Shown here piece after piece: positions 9,448-19,397 of a stretch of 64,000 nucleotides of DNA; position 1 is the stretch's first letter, and each line of letters begins with the position of its first letter. A model generated the notes under the pieces. It was given only the letters and a program-made list of their open reading frames with translations, ran no database searches and was not told the origin of the DNA. The DNA comes from Candidatus Riflebacteria bacterium HGW-Riflebacteria-2. Lineage in GTDB: Bacteria > Muiribacteriota > Ozemobacteria > Ozemobacterales > Ozemobacteraceae. The translations under genes and the position numbers were made by a program. Location of the stretch: the NCBI GenBank assembly GCA_002839435.1, contig PGYA01000006.1, positions 50,132-114,131 of the forward strand, in the 5' to 3' direction.

Positions 9448-10023
9448 TTACAAAAATTTATGAATTTTATTTACTCGGTTTTCTGCCGCCTTATAACTCA
9501 CTTTGAAAGTGTCCATAACATCTTCTACGGTCGCTCCTTTTCGGCAAATATTTACTACCATAGGGGTTGGCATTAGAACCGCAGATGCAAAAGCTTCTGC
9601 TTGCCATTCTGGATTTCTGAAAACTTTTATGTCACTCCGGTTTAAAACAGAAATTTTGTTTTCCATAATACAACCCTTGAAAAAATCTCCATGAAGCCAG
9701 GCATGGCCCAGTTCATGTCCAACCGTGAACTTTTCTCGACCTGCATGTAATTGAGCCGCAATGTATGTAGCAGGCGGAATGGTGATCACATTTTGACAGA
9801 AATCAGTTTGCCCTAGAATCCCAAATCCTAGCTCTTCTGCGAGTAATGTAAACCCTGTCTCTTCCTCAAATTTATGATTGGCATCTAAGATGTCAATGAT
9901 AGGGATAGGACAAGGTTTTTGCAGACCTTCTGGATAAAATTTTCTTAAAAATTCTACAGCCTCACGACCTATGCTTTTATATGATTGTGGAGGCACTTCG
10001 GGGATTTTAACTGCAAACGTCAT
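9448..10023 (-). CDS. ImmA/IrrE family metallo-endopeptidase
   Basis: REKFTVGHELGH (HExxH) and EWQAEAFASAVLMP motifs, VSYKAAENR tail. Confidence 0.9.
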   Translation of the reverse strand: MTFAVKIPEVPPQSYKSIGREAVEFLRKFYPEGLQKPCPIPIIDILDANHKFEEETGFTLLAEELGFGILGQTDFCQNVITIPPATYIAAQLHAGREKFTVGHELGHAWLHGDFFKGCIMENKISVLNRSDIKVFRNPEWQAEAFASAVLMPTPMVVNICRKGATVEDVMDTFKVSYKAAENRVNKIHKFL

Positions 10024-10032
10024 TTTGTCACC

Positions 10033-10389
10033 TCAGTTGGAAAATTTGCTTAAGATTTTTTCGATTTCCGAAGCGTCAAGCTCGCTTAATTCATCCCAAG
10101 ATCTTTGGAGAGTAATTGCCAATTCTCGCTTTTTGGGGCCAAGATTAAGCAAACCAAGTTCTACCCGCAGCTTGTCTTGATGTGCGATTTTTAGCAATTC
10201 TGCGATATCAATTTCTAACAAGACAGCCAAGGTGGCAATTGTCTTGTCGTCCGGTGGCTCCCTACGCCCATTTTCAATTTGACTAAGATAAGACAATGAT
10301 ATGCCAGCTCTTTCAGACACTACCATCAAAGACAAGCCCTTTCGCTTTCTTGCGGTCCGTATTTTGTCTCCAAACGGCCTCTTCAACAT
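10033..10389 (-). CDS. XRE-family HTH transcriptional regulator
   Basis: FGDKIRTARKRKGLSL...GISLSYLSQIENG..PP; AAGGAG RBS before ATG at 10389; 9 bp upstream of the ImmA gene. Confidence 0.9.
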   Translation of the reverse strand: MLKRPFGDKIRTARKRKGLSLMVVSERAGISLSYLSQIENGRREPPDDKTIATLAVLLEIDIAELLKIAHQDKLRVELGLLNLGPKKRELAITLQRSWDELSELDASEIEKILSKFSN

Positions 10390-10618
10390 GTTTTGCTCCT
10401 TTGCTTCTCGCATAATCAAATCCGCACATTTTAACTCTTGCGAGATTCTACAAATTAAGCATACCTCATTTTGCAAATTTACACAATAGCTGTGAAGACT
10501 TTTTGTTGATAAGTGTTACGGCTTGGGCAAATTAACCTCAATCGTTTGTTTGACCGATGGTGCTGATGTTTGGATTTACACGGCATGCCGTCGAAGGAAG
10601 ACCAAGATGCGTGTATAC

Positions 10619-11104
10619 CTAGGCCGCATCACACCAAGTCAAACAATGAAACAACAGCACAAAAACTTCACCGGCCGGAATCTGCCGGTCTATTTCTTGT
10701 AATGCTGGTTCAGCCGCCGGTCGGACTCTGAGCGCTCGGAGTATTTCTTTTGGTGTTCTGGCGTTTGGTTTGCTGGCAAGCGCACGCTGAAACGCCGGGT
10801 CGAGCTCGGAGACTTCAGATGTCAGATGCACCAAGCCATCCGTTACAAAATGTTTGGCCTGCTGCAAAATAGACGAATCATCTTCGTCTGCCTGGTTGGG
10901 GTTTGCTGCGATCTTTTCAAGAGTCGCAAGAGAGAATTTTACTTCGTCAGAGCCAGCGGCAGTGCCAGAATTTTCCCGATCATGTCCATGATCCAGATCA
11001 ATACCGGATGTTCCCGCTCGAACTTGGCCATCCGAGCGTCCTGTTCTTGTCTTGCCTGCTTTACCAATAGCTCCATGTTTTTCCGCGTCATGCTGAGCAC
11101 CCAC
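10619..11104 (-). pseudogene. Probable remnant of a larger mobile-element (polyvalent-like) protein
   Basis: Open frame containing GSDEVKFSL, no good start, in-frame stop shortly upstream. Confidence 0.3.
10932..10954. repeat. 23-bp direct repeat, copy 2
   Basis: Identical to 8717-8739. Confidence 0.9.
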
Positions 11105-11139
11105 TCCCTTGAAAATTTCTTCCGGAGCTCTGCCGTCAA
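10939..11139 (-). CDS. Small hypothetical protein (66 aa) with its stop codon inside the 23-bp repeat
   Basis: AGAGG RBS before the TTG start; helical, with a hydrophobic C-terminus. Confidence 0.4.
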   Translation of the reverse strand: MTAELRKKFSREWVLSMTRKNMELLVKQARQEQDARMAKFEREHPVLIWIMDMIGKILALPLALTK

Positions 11140-11571
11140 TATCCTCTACTCAAAGTCTAAGTCTGTTACCGAGAACCGTCAAGAAGTTTTACCTAATGTC
11201 GAGAAAGCAGCTGTAAGAACTATAAACAGGCGTCTGTTACCAATGCTTTTACCACTTTTTGCCAGTTTTACCACACAAAAACTTTCTTCATCAGGGAAAC
11301 CCAGGTGCTAACGATTTCAGCATAGAAGTCATAAAAATCCTGCCATCACTGGTTTTCTAAGCGATGTTTCTGCATCGCAGCGCAAGGAGATATTTGCCGC
11401 TGCTATCGGCCCAAAGTATTCGAACTGGCCTTACTATTAAAGGTTCAGTCGGCAAAGATCAATTGACTAAGTCATTGCAAATCGTTTATCTTGCCAGAAA
11501 ACTAATTCGATCGGGAGATGCGGGCACAACATTGTTGCCATGCAAGGAATTGTCAGGATTTGGGGACGATT

Positions 11572-12186
11572 TTGAACAGCGAAAAATACAGCATGTCTTT
11601 TACTACCGGCGGGCTGTTCCTGCAGGAATCAATCAAGCTCGCCCTTTTGCATCAACATCTGCAGAACTGGGAAACCGTCAAAGAGCAGGTTATTGCTGCA
11701 AATCTGCTGCAGGCCAGAACTATCAACAGCGCAAAACGGGTTTGTTACGAAATTATCAACAGGCTCAGACAGCTTTCACCAGATGAGCTTGAGCTGCTGT
11801 TGGACGGCGATGTCCACGAACAAAAGCACGTTCTCTGGCTGGCGATCTGTCGACATTATCGTTTTATCGCAGATTTTGCCAGTGAGGTTATGCGTGAACG
11901 TCTCCTCAGCCTGCAAACAGATCTTAAACCGGAAGAATTCGATTTTTTTCTTAACAGGAAAGCAGAATGGCATGCTGAGCTTGAAAGTCTCAGCCCGTCT
12001 ACCAGAACAAGACTTCGCCAGGTTTTGTATAAAATGCTTCGTGAGTCTGATATGTTGAATGACAATTACATCATCAATGCCGTAATGCTCAGTCCACGTC
12101 TTTTGAGCGCAATTCCGCGCGAAAGGCGTCATGATGTATTTACCTTTCCGGTTTTTGAATCAGGCGTGAGAGGTAAAACTCAATGA
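11572..12186 (+). CDS. brxA: BREX protein BrxA (DUF1819)
   Basis: YSMSFTTGGLF, NLLQART, LWLAICRHY.FI.DF..EV and STR.RLRQVLYKMLRE motifs; first gene of the operon; start (TTG 11572) uncertain. Confidence 0.92.
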   Translation: MNSEKYSMSFTTGGLFLQESIKLALLHQHLQNWETVKEQVIAANLLQARTINSAKRVCYEIINRLRQLSPDELELLLDGDVHEQKHVLWLAICRHYRFIADFASEVMRERLLSLQTDLKPEEFDFFLNRKAEWHAELESLSPSTRTRLRQVLYKMLRESDMLNDNYIINAVMLSPRLLSAIPRERRHDVFTFPVFESGVRGKTQ

Positions 12187-12791
12187 AAAATAATTTCCAG
12201 AAAAGTTCTCTGGCAGAAAGATTTAAGCACCTGTTTTCTGTTATCTCAGGCCCGCGCTTTCTCAAAAAACAAGGCCTCGGCAACGAAGTCCCTTTCTTCA
12301 TCTGCCCATATAAACCAGAAGAGAGCATCGAAATGACACGCCTGCAGGGGCAGCTTGTCAATAAGCTTGAGCAAAAGGGAATTCGAGTGCTCGAAATTAA
12401 TCTCTACGACCTGTCTGTCGAAATTCTGAGAGATCGCGGCATCTGGGAGCAAACGTTGGAAAGAGAAGTTGCCGTCAGCAAAGATGAGCTAAAAGAGCTC
12501 CTGCAGGGTGTTCTTGACACAGAAGACCATCTGATTCCTGCAATTGCAGCAAAAATGAGAGAAGCAGACTTTGACGTCATGTTTCTGGCAGGCGTCGGCG
12601 AAGTTTTTCCCTATATCCGTTCGCACAACATACTTAATAACCTTCAAAGCACAGCAAAAGATAAACCGACATTGATGTTCTTTCCGGGAGCATATACTCA
12701 CTCGCTTGAATCCGGCGCATCGCTGAATCTTTTTGGCATGTTTCATGACGGGTATTACCGGGCTTTCAATATTTTTCACTGTGAAGCATAA
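12183..12791 (+). CDS. brxB: BREX protein BrxB (DUF1788)
   Basis: GLGNEVPFFICPY, GVGEVFPYIRSH..LNNLQ, FFPG.Y and YYRAFNI motifs; ATGA overlap with brxA. Confidence 0.95.
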   Translation: MKNNFQKSSLAERFKHLFSVISGPRFLKKQGLGNEVPFFICPYKPEESIEMTRLQGQLVNKLEQKGIRVLEINLYDLSVEILRDRGIWEQTLEREVAVSKDELKELLQGVLDTEDHLIPAIAAKMREADFDVMFLAGVGEVFPYIRSHNILNNLQSTAKDKPTLMFFPGAYTHSLESGASLNLFGMFHDGYYRAFNIFHCEA

Positions 12792-12805
12792 GAGAGGCAT
12801 ATCTG

Positions 12806-15800
12806 ATGAAGCTAAAAAACATTTTCACCAAACCGGTTGACCGCCCGATCGAAGGAGTCATCAAAGCCGATGACGAAGCCAGCCTGAGACTCGAAATAGA
12901 AGAATACGTTCTGACCAACGAGGTCGAAAAACGCCTGGAAAGCTTTCTTGATGCCTATATCAATTACGAAAACGCCAACGGCGTGTGGATCTCCGGCTTC
13001 TTCGGTTCTGGTAAATCACACCTGCTCAAGATGCTCGCCCTGGTTCTTGAGAACCGCCAGATCGACGGCATGGCAACTCTGGATCTGTTTATGCCAAAGT
13101 GTGAACATAATGAAATCTTACGTGGTGATCTCAAGCGCGCTGTCAGCATTCCATCAAAAAGCATTTTGTTCAACATTGATCAAAAGGCTGATGTTATCAG
13201 TAAAACTCAGATAGACGCGTTGCTTGCGGTATTTGTTAAGGTGTTCGACGAAACCTGCGGTTATTATGGCAAACAGGGACATATAGCCCAGTTTGAGCGA
13301 GACCTGGACAGCCGAAATCTTTATTCTGACTTTAAAACGGCCTATGAGAGCATTGCCAGCCGCCCATGGGAAAGAGGCCGCGAACAGGCCTTGCTTGAAG
13401 CAGCAAACATCGCCAAAGCTTATTCGAAAATTACTGGCAGCAGCGAAGCCGATGCTCAGGGAATCCTCGACAAATACCGCAGTCAGCATCGTGTGTCTAT
13501 TGAAGATTTTGCCGACCAGATAAAGGCCTGGCTCGATCGCAAGCCAGCGAACTTTCGGCTGAACTTTTTCGTCGACGAGGTTGGGCAGTATATAGCAGAC
13601 AACGTGAAACTGATGACCAATCTTCAGACCATCGCCGAAAGCCTGGCAACAAAATGCCGCGGCCGCGCCTGGGTTATTGTGACCGCCCAGGAAGAGATGA
13701 ACTACATCGTTGGCGAGATGAGCAAGCAGCAGAGTAATGACTTTTCCAAAATTCAGGCTCGCTTCAACAACCGCATGAAGCTGACCAGTTCTGATGTGGC
13801 CGAGGTCATACAAAAGCGCCTGCTGACCAAGAACGAAGAAGGCATTCAGCAGCTGACTGATCTTTACCATAAGGAATCAAACAACTTTAAGACACTTTTC
13901 GATTTTGCCGATGGTTCACAAACCTACCGGAACTACCAGGATCGCGAGCATTTCATACACAGTTATCCATTCACGCCCTATCAGTTTGTGCTGTTTCAAA
14001 CCGCAATTCTAAACCTTTCGCAGCATAATGCTTTTGAGGGAAAGCATAGCTCAGTCGGCGAACGTTCAATGCTTGGGGTGTTCCAGCAGGTTGCTATTCA
14101 GATCGGTGACCATAAAATAGGGCAGCTGGCGACCTTCGACCTGATGTTCGAAGGTATTCGCACAGCCCTCAAATCAAACATTCAGCAAGCTATACTCAAA
14201 GCCGAAAAACAGCTCGATAACCAGTTCGCGATAAAGCTGTTAAAAACACTTTTTCTGGTAAAATACGTTAAAGAATTCAAGCCAACTTTGCGCAATCTCA
14301 CAGTGCTTATGCTTGAAGGCTTCAAGAGCGATCTGCCCGCCCTGCGCAAAAAAATTGAAGAAGCCCTGAATCTGCTTGAACAACAGAGTTACATTCAATT
14401 TAACGGTGATCTGTTTGAATACCTGACCGACGAAGAAAAAGACGTCGAGCTCGAAATCAAAAATACCGAAGTTGAAGCCGCCGACATTCAGGCCGAACTC
14501 GAAAAAATCATCTTTGACTACGTAATCAAAAACCGAAAGATCCGTTTTCAGGAAAGCGCACAGGATTACTCCTATTCAAGAAAACTTGATGACCATCTGC
14601 ATGGCCGCGAATATGAGCTGGCAATAAATGTCATCAGCCCATTTCATGACCAGATTGCCAATGAGCCATTTTTCCGCATGCAAAGTATGGGGCGCGATGA
14701 GCTTATAGTGGTGATGCCGCCTGATCCCCGCCTGATCCACGAGATTTTCATGTATAAGCGCACCGAAAAGTATATAAAGCAGAACATCAGCATAACCCAG
14801 CAGGAAGCGATCAAGCGCATTCTCACCGACAAAGGCTTTCAGAACCGGGAGCGCTATACAGATCTGCAGCAACGTATTCAAAAACTGCTCGGCCAGGCAA
14901 AATTATTTGTGGCCGGCACTGACATTGAAAGCAGCTCAGAGGACGCACAAACTCGTATAAGTTCAGGATTTTACGAGTTGATAAATCGAACTTACGCAAA
15001 TTTACGTATGCTGCGCGGAGTTGTCTACAGCGAAAATGATATCGCCAGATACCTCAAAAATCAGGGGCTTTATGATGACAACGTTGCTTCCCTTCCAGAA
15101 TCAGAACAGGAACTGCTGGCCTTTATCCAGAGTAATAACCGTGGGGGCGTGCGCACTACCCTTAAAAACCTGATTGAGCGTTTTGAGCATAAACCATACG
15201 GCTGGAATTTCCCTGCTATTCTATGTATTGTAGCCAGCCTGTGCTCCAGGGGTAAGCTCGAAGTCAGATCAGATGCCAATGTTCTTGAAGACAACGAACT
15301 TGAGCGATCATTGCGCAACACCCAGGCGCATGCCAATCTGGTTCTTGAGCCTCAAATCGAGTTCACCGCTTCGCAGGTGCGTTCACTTAAAGCATTTTTT
15401 GAAGATTTCTTTGATTCACCGCCGCAGAGTAACGAAGCAAAAGTTCTGGGTAAAGAAACCGGCAGCGCCATGCAGGAGCTCATGCATCAACTTACACCTG
15501 TTGCTGCGCAAGCAGCTCAGTATCCATTTCTGAATACTCTCAAACCGGCACTTGAAAAGCTTAAAGAGTTTTCTGGCAAGCCTTACACCTGGTATTTAAC
15601 CGATCTGATTCGACGACAGGATGAACTGCTTGACCTCAAAGAAAGTGTTATCGATCCGATCCGAAAGTTCATGAACGGCCCACAAAAGGCCATTTTCGAT
15701 ACTGCCCGCAAGTTTGTGCAAGATCAGGAATCGAATTTTGCCTATATTGAGGGCAACGAGGCCGAGCAGATCGCTGGCGCTCTTACTGAAGCAGACTGCT

Positions 15801-16363
15801 ATAAGGGAAATCGCATGCAGCAGGTCAAAGTGCTGACCGAGTCCGTTCAAAAACAGATCAACGACCAGATCGCCGCTGAAATAGAAATTGCAAAAAAATC
15901 AGTTGCATCACTCAAGGAGCGGCTTTGTGGCATGAATGAGTTTGCCTCTTTAAGACCCGAACAACAAGAAGAGATCACCGGCCCGTTTGATGAGTTTTCG
16001 CGGGCAATTGCCAGCCATAAGCTTATTGCTGTAGTACGCGATACGCTGCGCCGCTTTGAAGAAAGTGATTATCAGAAGTATCTTACCCGTCTGGCCAACA
16101 TGGGCCGACCAGCTCCAGTTCCAGCTCCGGCAAAGCCTGTCAGCACCAGAACCTCGACTAAAGGTAAGCCGACTGACTTCCAGGATGTTGAAAAGGAGCC
16201 CAATAAGATCGAGCCTGAGATTGAATATATCAGCAGTCGTGCTATACATGTCTCATTTGCCAAAGCCTGGCTTGCCGACGAAAACGATATCGACTGCTAC
16301 GTCACATCAGTGCGTGAAGCTATGCTTGCCGAAATCCGCAAAGGCAAAAGAATTCAGATCTAA
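12806..16363 (+). CDS. brxC: BREX P-loop ATPase BrxC
   Basis: RPIEGVIKAD, Walker A GFFGSGKS, Walker B FFVDEVGQYI, SYPF and GERS motifs; 1185 aa. Confidence 0.96.
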   Translation: MKLKNIFTKPVDRPIEGVIKADDEASLRLEIEEYVLTNEVEKRLESFLDAYINYENANGVWISGFFGSGKSHLLKMLALVLENRQIDGMATLDLFMPKCEHNEILRGDLKRAVSIPSKSILFNIDQKADVISKTQIDALLAVFVKVFDETCGYYGKQGHIAQFERDLDSRNLYSDFKTAYESIASRPWERGREQALLEAANIAKAYSKITGSSEADAQGILDKYRSQHRVSIEDFADQIKAWLDRKPANFRLNFFVDEVGQYIADNVKLMTNLQTIAESLATKCRGRAWVIVTAQEEMNYIVGEMSKQQSNDFSKIQARFNNRMKLTSSDVAEVIQKRLLTKNEEGIQQLTDLYHKESNNFKTLFDFADGSQTYRNYQDREHFIHSYPFTPYQFVLFQTAILNLSQHNAFEGKHSSVGERSMLGVFQQVAIQIGDHKIGQLATFDLMFEGIRTALKSNIQQAILKAEKQLDNQFAIKLLKTLFLVKYVKEFKPTLRNLTVLMLEGFKSDLPALRKKIEEALNLLEQQSYIQFNGDLFEYLTDEEKDVELEIKNTEVEAADIQAELEKIIFDYVIKNRKIRFQESAQDYSYSRKLDDHLHGREYELAINVISPFHDQIANEPFFRMQSMGRDELIVVMPPDPRLIHEIFMYKRTEKYIKQNISITQQEAIKRILTDKGFQNRERYTDLQQRIQKLLGQAKLFVAGTDIESSSEDAQTRISSGFYELINRTYANLRMLRGVVYSENDIARYLKNQGLYDDNVASLPESEQELLAFIQSNNRGGVRTTLKNLIERFEHKPYGWNFPAILCIVASLCSRGKLEVRSDANVLEDNELERSLRNTQAHANLVLEPQIEFTASQVRSLKAFFEDFFDSPPQSNEAKVLGKETGSAMQELMHQLTPVAAQAAQYPFLNTLKPALEKLKEFSGKPYTWYLTDLIRRQDELLDLKESVIDPIRKFMNGPQKAIFDTARKFVQDQESNFAYIEGNEAEQIAGALTEADCYKGNRMQQVKVLTESVQKQINDQIAAEIEIAKKSVASLKERLCGMNEFASLRPEQQEEITGPFDEFSRAIASHKLIAVVRDTLRRFEESDYQKYLTRLANMGRPAPVPAPAKPVSTRTSTKGKPTDFQDVEKEPNKIEPEIEYISSRAIHVSFAKAWLADENDIDCYVTSVREAMLAEIRKGKRIQI

Positions 16364-16372
16364 GGTAAACTA

Positions 16373-18046
16373 ATGATCTACGATGAGAAAGAGATTCTTA
16401 GACTGATCCAGCAGGGTGAAAGCCTGGTGTTGGAGTTTAAAAGCGACCTTAAGAGCCTCCCTGATCGCGAATTGATCGCCGCGATAGTTTCCCTTGCCAA
16501 CACCGAAGGTGGCAATCTGTTGCTTGGGGTTGAAGACGATGGTTCTATTACCGGCCTGCACTTAAACCACAATAACCTCAATGGGCTGCCGGCAATGATT
16601 GCAAACAAAACCAATCCATCAATTTCTGTATCGGTCGAGCTTTTAAAGGTTCAAGGGCATAATATTGCATGTATCAGCGTGCCCAAATCCAGGCAGCTGG
16701 TATCTACTTCTGAAGGTCTTTTGCAGCGGCGACGCATTAAGCTTGATGGCACACCGGAAGCAGTTCCGTTTTACCCACATGAGTTTATTCAAAGACAGTC
16801 TTCAATGGGTCTGATTGATCCTTCAGCAATTCCGATGCTCGACATCGCAGTCGAAGAGCTTGATCCTCTGCAAAGACTTCGCATTCGCAATGCCATCAAA
16901 AAGTATGGTGGTGATCAGAGCTTGCTTCCATTAGCTGACGACGAACTTGACGGAGCTATGGGTCTTGTCGTAACTGTCGATGGACATAAACGGCCAACTT
17001 TGGCAGGCCTTCTGCTACTGGGAAGCGAAAGTTTGCTGCGTCGTCATTTGCCTGCCTACGAAGTTGCTTTTCAGGTGCTGCGTGGCACGGATGTTCTGGT
17101 CAATGAGTTTTTCCGCAAGCCGCTTTTAGAAACCTTCGAAGAAGTTGAATTGCTGTTCAGAGCCAGGGTAAGCGAAGAAGAAATTCAGGTTGGCCTTTTT
17201 CGGGTTCCTATTCCCGATTTTGACCGTCGCGCTTTTCGTGAGGCATTTGTTAATGCCCTGGCGCACCGGGATTACGGTCGCCTCGGCGCAGTTCATGTCA
17301 AAATGGATACTGATGGTCTGACTATCTCCAACCCGGGAGGATTTGTCGAAGGAGTAACGCTCGAAAACCTGCTTGTTGTTTCTCCTCGCGCCCGCAATCC
17401 CTTGTTGGCAGATATCATCAAGCGCATTGGCCTGGCTGAACGCACTGGTCGTGGTATCGATAGAATTTACGAGGGTATGTTGCGATATGGTCGCCCGGCA
17501 CCAGATTATGGCATGTCAGATTCTTCAACCGTTACATTGCAGATGTCGAGTGCCGAAGCCAACCTTGATTTTCTCAAGATGATTTTGCAGTGCGAAGACC
17601 GGGCAGGCGGATTTATGCCCATTGACAGTCTTATTATTCTCTCAAGGCTAAGTGAAGAAAGACGCCTGACCACTTCTGATCTGCTTGTTTCAGTGCAAAA
17701 GCCAGAAGCATCAGTTCGTGCCAGCCTGGAAAAGCTGGTTGAAGCAGGTCTGGTCGAGCCACACGGCGCGGGACGCGGTCGTATATATATGTTAAGTGCC
17801 AAGGTTTATCGACAGTCAGGTCAGAAAGCAGCCTATGTTCGCCAGGCTGGATTCAACCTGATTCGACAGGAACAGATGGTGCTTACCTATATAGAAAGTC
17901 ATGGTCATATAAAGCGGTCAGATGTTATCGAACTTTGTAGTCTGACCCCATCACAGGCCTATCACCTTTTAAAAAAGCTCAAGGATCAGAAAAAAATCAT
18001 ACAAACAGGGGAAAAGCGCCATGCCTTTTACACAAAGAATACCTAG
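16373..18046 (+). CDS. Schlafen/AlbA_2 domain + HATPase_c_4-type domain + C-terminal winged-HTH protein
   Basis: GESLVLEFKS...SLANTEGG.LLLGVEDDG (AlbA_2); REAFVNALAHRDY, SNPGG, RNP and ERTGRGIDRI; C-terminal wHTH-like segments. Confidence 0.88.
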   Translation: MIYDEKEILRLIQQGESLVLEFKSDLKSLPDRELIAAIVSLANTEGGNLLLGVEDDGSITGLHLNHNNLNGLPAMIANKTNPSISVSVELLKVQGHNIACISVPKSRQLVSTSEGLLQRRRIKLDGTPEAVPFYPHEFIQRQSSMGLIDPSAIPMLDIAVEELDPLQRLRIRNAIKKYGGDQSLLPLADDELDGAMGLVVTVDGHKRPTLAGLLLLGSESLLRRHLPAYEVAFQVLRGTDVLVNEFFRKPLLETFEEVELLFRARVSEEEIQVGLFRVPIPDFDRRAFREAFVNALAHRDYGRLGAVHVKMDTDGLTISNPGGFVEGVTLENLLVVSPRARNPLLADIIKRIGLAERTGRGIDRIYEGMLRYGRPAPDYGMSDSSTVTLQMSSAEANLDFLKMILQCEDRAGGFMPIDSLIILSRLSEERRLTTSDLLVSVQKPEASVRASLEKLVEAGLVEPHGAGRGRIYMLSAKVYRQSGQKAAYVRQAGFNLIRQEQMVLTYIESHGHIKRSDVIELCSLTPSQAYHLLKKLKDQKKIIQTGEKRHAFYTKNT

Positions 18047-18221
18047 GCATTGCACGTCGTGTTTAGTCTATACACGCAAGTGCATAGACTCGTGTATAGA
18101 AAGCATGATATGCGCTGAGTTTAGAGATCTGCGCCAATTTATGCGCCAGACGCATAAAAATGTTCTATTAAAATTTTAAATAATTATAAAATGAAACGGC
18201 AAAGGCAAAACGAATAAAAAC

Positions 18222-19397
18222 ATGATTACGCAATTTGAGCTAAAGAATTTCACCGCTTTCAGCGACATTAAGATCACTTTTTCTCCCCAAATCAATGTAA
18301 TCATCGGCGAAAATGGCACTGGTAAAACCCATTTGCTCAAGGCTGTCTATAGCATGTGCGCCGGCGCGCCGCTTTTTAATACCAAGCATAATCCCAACGA
18401 TGAGGATCTAGAAGAAACGCTTACAACCAAGCTAATTCGTCTCTTTATGCCTTTGAACCATAAGCTCGGCAAAATTCATCGCCAAGGGGCAATTGAGAAG
18501 GCATATATGCACGCCAGATTTGCCCAAGACCAGAGCATTTCTGCAACTTTTTTCAATAACTCCAGGTCTATTTCTATTCAAAATCAGAACAACTACGATC
18601 AATATCAGACTACGGCGGTTTTCATCCCGACCAAAGAGGTTCTTTCGCTAGTGAAGGGGATAACAGACAAAACGCATGACCAGAAAACAGTCGAACTTAT
18701 CTTTGATGATGGTTACGTAGATCTTGCAAATGCGCTTATGAAAACAGCACGGGAGGATGTAGAAACTAAGATCAATCTTGAGCCGCGTCTGAATGCAATT
18801 ATTCCAAATCTGGTTAACCTAATAGGCGGGCGTTACCAATTGAAAAACGGCGGCTTCTGCTTCCAACCAGGTAAATATGAGGAAAAGGCGGCTCCTAATA
18901 GGTCTAAAGCCCAAACAGCCCAAATATATCAAGATTCCACCGTAAAAAAATTTATTGCAACCAAAAAACAGCCATATTCGAGTGAAATGACGGCAGAGGG
19001 GTTCAGAAAAATCGGAATTCTGCATCGACTCCTGAACAACGAAACACTCAATCCTGGGTCAAGCGGTCCACTATTATGGGACGAACCTGAGTCCAACCTG
19101 AACCCCAAACTGATGAAACAACTCGTGCAAATTCTGCTGGAGTTATCACGCAATGGCCAGCAGATCATTTTGGCAACTCATGACTACGTCTTACTCAAGT
19201 GGCTCGATCTGCTCATAGACAAAGACAAAAATGACCATGTGCGCTTCCACAGCCTTTACCGCGATCCTGACACCACAGAGATCAAATTAGCCTCAACCGA
19301 TTATTACTCGAGAATCACACCGAACCCGATTGATGAAGCCTTTGGCTCTCTCATCAATCAGGAGATCGAAAATGACATGGGAGGCCTCGGCAAATGA
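18222..19397 (+). CDS. ABC-type ATPase (AAA_15/AAA_21-like)
   Basis: LKNFTAF, Walker A GENGTGKT, signature-like TAEGFRK, Walker B/D-loop LLWDEPESNLNP, H-loop ATHD. Confidence 0.9.
   Translation: MITQFELKNFTAFSDIKITFSPQINVIIGENGTGKTHLLKAVYSMCAGAPLFNTKHNPNDEDLEETLTTKLIRLFMPLNHKLGKIHRQGAIEKAYMHARFAQDQSISATFFNNSRSISIQNQNNYDQYQTTAVFIPTKEVLSLVKGITDKTHDQKTVELIFDDGYVDLANALMKTAREDVETKINLEPRLNAIIPNLVNLIGGRYQLKNGGFCFQPGKYEEKAAPNRSKAQTAQIYQDSTVKKFIATKKQPYSSEMTAEGFRKIGILHRLLNNETLNPGSSGPLLWDEPESNLNPKLMKQLVQILLELSRNGQQIILATHDYVLLKWLDLLIDKDKNDHVRFHSLYRDPDTTEIKLASTDYYSRITPNPIDEAFGSLINQEIENDMGGLGK

Noticed and set aside
11463-11492. TGACT-A-AGTCA palindrome over a possible -35 box upstream of brxA
   Set aside because: Arms of only 5 bp could arise by chance; not enough to call an operator
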